Source: Candidatus Latescibacterota bacterium | GTDB lineage: Bacteria; Latescibacterota; UBA2968; GCA-2709665 | Assembly (NCBI GenBank): GCA_965219995.1 | Contig: CBDCOX010000002.1 | Coordinates: forward strand, 192,001 to 256,000 | Direction: 5' to 3' | Length of the DNA: 64,000 nucleotides | The notes under the pieces: model-generated | The model's database searches: none | What the model saw: only the letters and a program-made list of their open reading frames with translations | What the model was told of the DNA's origin: nothing | Shown here: one piece after another, positions 59,019 through 64,000 of the stretch | Layout: each line of letters begins with the position of its first letter | Position numbering within the stretch: the stretch's first letter is position 1 | Position numbers and translations under genes: made by a program

Positions 59019-60389
59019 ATGGATACACCCGGAAATGACGTTTCCGGAAACGGCCGGACCGGCCGGAACCCGCAGGTTCTGGGCAGGAATTTCATGTTTC
59101 CGCCCCAGGTGATCGACGACATCCACATCAAGGCCAATCTGGGTCGGTACCGCATGCGCGGCATGGCGCTCTTCAAGCAGATTCCATCGTGGGACGACCT
59201 GACGTTTCTTCCCGGAACGCTCACGAGGTTCGTCATCGAGGGATACCGCGAGAAATGCGAGACGCGGACGGTGATCGGACCACGGGCCGAACGGCCGCTC
59301 GAGCTGGATATTCCCATATATATTACGGGCATGAGCTTCGGCGCGTTGTCCTACGAGGCGAAGGTGGCGCTGGCAAGAGGTGCCACCATGGCGGGTACCG
59401 CGACCTGTTCGGGAGAAGGCGGCATGCTGCCCGACGAGCGCCGGTATTCCGAGAAGTGGCTCTACCAGTGCATCCAGTCCCGCTACGGGTTCAACCCGCA
59501 CCACATGCGTCTCGCCGACGGCGTGGAGTTCTTTATCGGACAGGGATGCAAGGTGGGCCTCGGCGGACATCTGATGGGCCAGAAGGTGACGGACCAGGTG
59601 GCCGAAATGCGTTCGCTGCCCGCGGGGATCGACCAGCGGTCGCCGGCGAGGCACCCGGACTGGCTCGGCCCCGATGACCTTGCCCTGAAGATCGAAGAGA
59701 TCCGCGAGGCGACCGACTGGCAGTTGCCCATTCAATTGAAACTCGGCGCGGCCCGGGTCTACGACGACGTGCGGATGGCGGCGAAGACGGGGCCCGACAG
59801 CATCTATATGGACGGGATGGAGGGCTCGACCGGGGCGGGGCCCCACCTTGCCACCGAGGAGACGGGCGTGCCGGGGATCGCGGCCATACGGCAGGCCAGA
59901 AAGGCGCTGGATGACGTGGGCAAGACCGGGGAGATCACGCTCGTATACGCGGGCGGGATTCGCAACGGAGCCGACGTTGCCAAGGCGCTTGCGCTCGGCG
60001 CCGACGTGGTGGCCATCGGCACGGCGGCGATGGTGGCGCTGAATTGCAACAAGGATATCCCCGAGGCGGACTACGAGGGCACGGTAGGCGTACCAGCGGG
60101 GCAATGCTACCACTGCCATACAGGACTCTGTCCCGTGGGCGTGGCCACCCAGGATCCGGTATTGCGCAGCCGGCTGGACCCGGATGAGGCGGCCGAGCGG
60201 GTGTATAACTTCCTGCATACGCTTGCGATCGAATGCCAGATGTTCGCCAGGGCCTGCGGCAAGACCGATGTCCATTCCCTGGAGCCGGAGGATCTCGCCG
60301 CGCTCACCATGGAAGCCTCCGCCATGGCGGAGGTCCCCCTGGCCGGCACCCGATATACCGTCGGGCATCCCGAAATGAACAGGTATTGA
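59019..60389 (+). CDS. FMN-binding glutamate synthase family protein (N-methylglutamate synthase subunit C / GlxD-like)
   Basis: GMSFGALS, GEGG, GQGCKVGLGGHLMGQKV, RHPDWLGPDDL, GGIRNGAD..KALALGAD, CYHCHTGLCPVGVATQ. Confidence 0.88.
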   Translation: MDTPGNDVSGNGRTGRNPQVLGRNFMFPPQVIDDIHIKANLGRYRMRGMALFKQIPSWDDLTFLPGTLTRFVIEGYREKCETRTVIGPRAERPLELDIPIYITGMSFGALSYEAKVALARGATMAGTATCSGEGGMLPDERRYSEKWLYQCIQSRYGFNPHHMRLADGVEFFIGQGCKVGLGGHLMGQKVTDQVAEMRSLPAGIDQRSPARHPDWLGPDDLALKIEEIREATDWQLPIQLKLGAARVYDDVRMAAKTGPDSIYMDGMEGSTGAGPHLATEETGVPGIAAIRQARKALDDVGKTGEITLVYAGGIRNGADVAKALALGADVVAIGTAAMVALNCNKDIPEADYEGTVGVPAGQCYHCHTGLCPVGVATQDPVLRSRLDPDEAAERVYNFLHTLAIECQMFARACGKTDVHSLEPEDLAALTMEASAMAEVPLAGTRYTVGHPEMNRY

Positions 60390-60419
60390 ACGGCGGAAAG
60401 ACAGGAACAGGAGACGCCG

Positions 60420-60857
60420 ATGGACGAAGCCAAAGACGTGAACTACTACCTGAAATCCACGGGGCTGGACTCGGACCGGGAGAAGGAAATCGGACAGCAC
60501 ATCGGATACCGGTACGATGTGAACCTGCCGCCCCACTACGGGCTTCTGACGCCGTTCCTGGAGCGGTACATCGAGGTGATGGGGTGGAGGGACCTGAACT
60601 GGCTGGAAGACGTACATATGGGATACGAAGACGGAAAGCCGGCAGTATTCGACCGGAACATCAATGGCTGGGTGCTGGTTCCCGAAGATATGCCCCTGCC
60701 CGACAACCAGCAGGAACGTGACATGATTGCGCGGGAGTTGCTCGTCAAGTTTCAGATGTCCGCAAAACATCCGATGATGGAACTTGGAGATGCCTACGGC
60801 CTGAAGCTGGAAGCCGAAGACGGCGAGCATGGAGCAGTCTCAAACCCGGCAACCTGA
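60420..60857 (+). CDS. Hypothetical protein (145 aa)
   Basis: AGGAG RBS, acidic/aromatic globular sequence, operonic position. Confidence 0.8.
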   Translation: MDEAKDVNYYLKSTGLDSDREKEIGQHIGYRYDVNLPPHYGLLTPFLERYIEVMGWRDLNWLEDVHMGYEDGKPAVFDRNINGWVLVPEDMPLPDNQQERDMIARELLVKFQMSAKHPMMELGDAYGLKLEAEDGEHGAVSNPAT

Positions 60858-60873
60858 AAACCCGGGAGGCGCA

Positions 60874-62268
60874 ATGAGCAATACGAAGATGTGGGGCCCG
60901 GAGGCGTTCTGGGGTCTGGACTACGACTGGGATCCCCAATGGGTATTGACGCCCGGCCAAAAGGCGCTCCAGGAGAGACTGATCGACCTCTGCCGGACAA
61001 CGCTGCGGGACAACGCCGTAGAGAGCGATCGCAACCTCGTGTTTCCACGGGAAAACTTCGAGGCGCTGGCTTCGCTGGGCCTGCTTGGACTGAACGTGCC
61101 CCGGGAATGGGGAGGCCTGGGAGAAGACCACACGTGTACGGCGATGGTGGTGGAGACGATCGCGCGTTACGGGTGCGCCAGTACCGCGATGTGTTATACC
61201 ATGCACGTCGGGGCCGTGGCCGCCGCCATGTTCCGGGCGCACGACAACGCGACGCTTCAGGCCCTCATGAAGCGCCTCGACAGCGACGTGCTGGTGGGCA
61301 CGTTATCCTATTCGGACCCGGAGACGGGCTCCCATTTCTGGTACCCCATTTCTTCCGGGGCCGAACGGGTGGAAGGCGGCTGGAAGGTGCGAAAAAAGGC
61401 GTCGTGGACGACGTCCGCGGGTTTCGCCGACTGGTACATCGTGCAGACGACGAGCCCCGATTTCGCCGGTGATTATTCGAATCTTTCCTGCTTCCTCGTC
61501 ATGGCGGACGAGGTGAAAGCGGAACCGTCGCTGTGGGACGGCCTGGGTCTGCGCGGGAACCAGTCCGGCACATTGGAGGTCGACAACGTCACGATGCCGG
61601 AAAGCAGGCTGGTGGGGCCGGTGGGCGACGGGGCGAATTCGAATGACGAGACGGTGGATCCGTTCTTCCTGTTATGTTCATCGGCCTGCTGGAACGGGAT
61701 TTCTCTGGGGATGATCGACATCGCCAGGCGGCACACCACGGCGCGGCGACACGCCGACGTGGGGATGCGGGTGGCGGACTATCCGACAATCCAGGACTAC
61801 GTGGGCGAGGCCGTGATCGATACCAACACCTCCCGGTCCTTTGTGTACATGATGGCCCGTGCGATGGACGACGTCACGAATCAATGCGACTGGTCCATCC
61901 ACCGGGACCTCTCCTGCATGCCAAGGGCGGACGTGCTGCACTGGATGTGGCAGGTAAAGTTCACCGCGGCGAAGAACGTGGCAAACGTCTCCGACAAGAT
62001 GCTTCATGCCTGCGGCGGGACGGGGTACAAACCCGATCTGGGGATTGAACGGTACCTGCGCGACGGCAAGGCCGGCTGGGTGATGGGCCCCACGAACGAG
62101 GTCCTCCGCCAGTTTGTAGGGAAGAGCGTACTGTTGGGATTCGACTCGCTGGATTACTGGAACCAGTCGGTGAACGAGCGCCTGTTGAGGAACGAACTCA
62201 AGAAGATGGACGGCGAGACGAAGAAGGAACTCGCGCGTCAGCTTCTGGCTGAAACCGAAGACGGGTGA
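60874..62268 (+). CDS. Acyl-CoA dehydrogenase-fold flavoprotein
   Basis: FPRENF, VPREWGGLG, SDPETGS, K.SWTTS, GLRGNQSG, GGTGY, ERYLRDGKA. GGAGG RBS before ATG 60874. Confidence 0.88.
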   Translation: MSNTKMWGPEAFWGLDYDWDPQWVLTPGQKALQERLIDLCRTTLRDNAVESDRNLVFPRENFEALASLGLLGLNVPREWGGLGEDHTCTAMVVETIARYGCASTAMCYTMHVGAVAAAMFRAHDNATLQALMKRLDSDVLVGTLSYSDPETGSHFWYPISSGAERVEGGWKVRKKASWTTSAGFADWYIVQTTSPDFAGDYSNLSCFLVMADEVKAEPSLWDGLGLRGNQSGTLEVDNVTMPESRLVGPVGDGANSNDETVDPFFLLCSSACWNGISLGMIDIARRHTTARRHADVGMRVADYPTIQDYVGEAVIDTNTSRSFVYMMARAMDDVTNQCDWSIHRDLSCMPRADVLHWMWQVKFTAAKNVANVSDKMLHACGGTGYKPDLGIERYLRDGKAGWVMGPTNEVLRQFVGKSVLLGFDSLDYWNQSVNERLLRNELKKMDGETKKELARQLLAETEDG

Positions 62269-64000
62269 TGCCTGCAGATGTCCAAATGACGGGGACGGGG
62301 TTGCTGAGGTGGATGCCGGGCAGGGAGCGCTATCGGGTGCCGGGCGGGGGGGCGATCGCCCTTGTGCTGTCGCCTGGCGACCGGCTGGCGGTTGTGGACG
62401 TGGAGGGGCGCCAGCGCTGCGAACTGGGTGTGTTCGGCCCGGATGGCAATGCCGATCCGTCCAGGCTGGGCGTCCGGGCCGATGGCCCGATGGAGGGTTT
62501 CACGTCCGCGCTCAGGCGGGGCGACGAAAGCGCCCAGGCGGCCGACGCGGCGCTTCGGCGGCGCGGCGTTGACCTTGCCCTGGCCACAGCGGTGCAGGTT
62601 TTCGGCGGAGAAACGGAAGCCGGCGCCGAAGCGTGCTTCGACGCCGCGGACGACGCCGTTTGCCTGATTGCTGCGCCGGGCGGGCCGATGAGGGTGGATG
62701 CCCAGAACCCTCCCACGGACCTCGATGTCGTGGTCAGGCGCTCGCGCGTTGCGGCGCCGGAACGCCCCCCGCTGCCTTCGCCTCTTGGTGACGTGCGCCT
62801 GGACCTGGAGGTGGAGAAGGCGTCGGCGATCGCTTACGAGGTAAAGGCCGGAGAGTTCATCCAGGTGATCGACGCCGCCGGCAGGCAGTGTTCCGATTTT
62901 CTGGCCTTCGACGCCAGGCAGTTGCAGCGGGGCATCGAGCGGGGGCTGGACGCGACCACGACGCGGACGCTCATGGGCACGGCCTATCCCGGCCCGGGAC
63001 TATTCTCGAGATTCTACGACCAGGATATGCAGCCGCTGGTCGAAGTCGTTCGGGATACGGTAGGCCGGCACGATACGTTTGCGCTTGCGTGCACCGCGAA
63101 ATATTACGAGGATATGGGTTACCCGGGCCACGTCAACTGTACGGACAACTTCAACGCGGCACTGGACCCGTATACGATTCAGTCCCGCCGCGGCTGGCCC
63201 GCGGTGAATTTTTTCTACAATACGAGAATAGACCTTAATAACGTCCTCTTCATGGATGAACCATGGTCTCGTCCGGGTGATTACGTGCTGCTGAAAGCCC
63301 TGACGGACCTGGTCTGCCTGTCGTCCGCGTGCCCGGACGATATCGATCCGGCCAACGGCTGGGAGCCAACGGAGATCCAGGTCCGCGTCTACCCGGAACG
63401 GTACCGGTTTTCCAGAGGAATTGCGCACCGGATGACGGCCGACGCCGAACCGAAGTTGACGAGGGAGACGGCCTTTCACCAGCGAACCTCGGCCCTGACT
63501 CGACATTTCGAGGAATACCGCGGTTTCTGGCTGCCGTCAGCCTACACGGGGACCGGCGCCGTCGAGGAATATTTCGCATGCCGCGAGGCCGCGGCGGTGA
63601 TGGACCTGTCCGCGCTTCGCAAGTTCGAGGTACTGGGCCCGGACGCCGAGGCATTGTTACAGCACACGATTACACGAGACGTTCGCAGGCTTTCGCCCGG
63701 GCAGGTGACGTATTCCGCCATGTGTTACGAAACCGGCGGCATGATGGACGACGGCACCCTGTTCCGGTTGGGCCCCGAGAATTTCCGTTGGATCTGCGGC
63801 GACGAATACGGCGGCGCGTGGCTGCGCGAACAGGCCGGTCGCCTTGGAATGCGGGCATGGGTCAGAAATTCGACCGATCAGCTCCACAATCTTGCCGTTC
63901 AGGGCCCCCGAAGCCGGGATATTCTGCGTGGGGTCATCTGGACGCCTCCGTCCCGCCCGTCCCTGGCCGAATTGGGCTGGTTCAAATTCACGGTGGGTCG
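62268..64000 (+). CDS. tdm: Trimethylamine N-oxide demethylase (DUF1989 plus GcvT-like), partial, runs off the window
   Basis: Absent from the ORF track. ATG overlaps the upstream TGA. Reads RERYRVPGGG..VDVEGRQRCEL, GRQCSDF, GRHDTFALACTAKYYEDMGYPGHVNCTDNFN, SSACPDDIDPANGW, then GcvT motifs DLSALRKFEV and GGMMDDGT. Confidence 0.88.
   Translation, partial: MPADVQMTGTGLLRWMPGRERYRVPGGGAIALVLSPGDRLAVVDVEGRQRCELGVFGPDGNADPSRLGVRADGPMEGFTSALRRGDESAQAADAALRRRGVDLALATAVQVFGGETEAGAEACFDAADDAVCLIAAPGGPMRVDAQNPPTDLDVVVRRSRVAAPERPPLPSPLGDVRLDLEVEKASAIAYEVKAGEFIQVIDAAGRQCSDFLAFDARQLQRGIERGLDATTTRTLMGTAYPGPGLFSRFYDQDMQPLVEVVRDTVGRHDTFALACTAKYYEDMGYPGHVNCTDNFNAALDPYTIQSRRGWPAVNFFYNTRIDLNNVLFMDEPWSRPGDYVLLKALTDLVCLSSACPDDIDPANGWEPTEIQVRVYPERYRFSRGIAHRMTADAEPKLTRETAFHQRTSALTRHFEEYRGFWLPSAYTGTGAVEEYFACREAAAVMDLSALRKFEVLGPDAEALLQHTITRDVRRLSPGQVTYSAMCYETGGMMDDGTLFRLGPENFRWICGDEYGGAWLREQAGRLGMRAWVRNSTDQLHNLAVQGPRSRDILRGVIWTPPSRPSLAELGWFKFTVG

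Overview
GC-rich bacterial chromosomal window, almost all on the + strand. A short region-1.1-less RpoD, a GWxTD protein and a TonB receptor with a carboxypeptidase-regulatory-like N-domain suggest the FCB superphylum, e.g. Latescibacterota/Gemmatimonadota-like (inference). The left ~36 kb is mostly housekeeping: rlmN 3' end, murA, cca, a bpsA-DUF2156-cysC-murD-AlkP operon, sigma70, ygfZ, folB-folK-dNK-panB-panC, sodA, a peroxiredoxin, iscA, rny, nuoI, an iscU-like gene, queG, miaB, lipA, a Rieske protein and a fused IOR. The right ~28 kb is accessory: a plant-HPR1-like dehydrogenase, dusA, an amide/lactam hydrolase cluster, ankyrin and NHL lipoproteins, and a methylated-amine locus (mgsC/glxD, unknown 145-aa protein, ACAD-fold flavoprotein, tdm running off the end). 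The best hidden feature is an outer-membrane beta-barrel gene at 57102-58082. Its signal peptide is separated from the body by an in-frame TGA followed by a SECIS-like hairpin, making it a candidate selenoprotein missed by the ORF track, in an operon with an NHL lipoprotein, a TlpA thioredoxin and a methyltransferase. No rRNA, tRNA, CRISPR array or transposase was seen; one MITE-like element is present. All family assignments come from motif recognition, not database searches.
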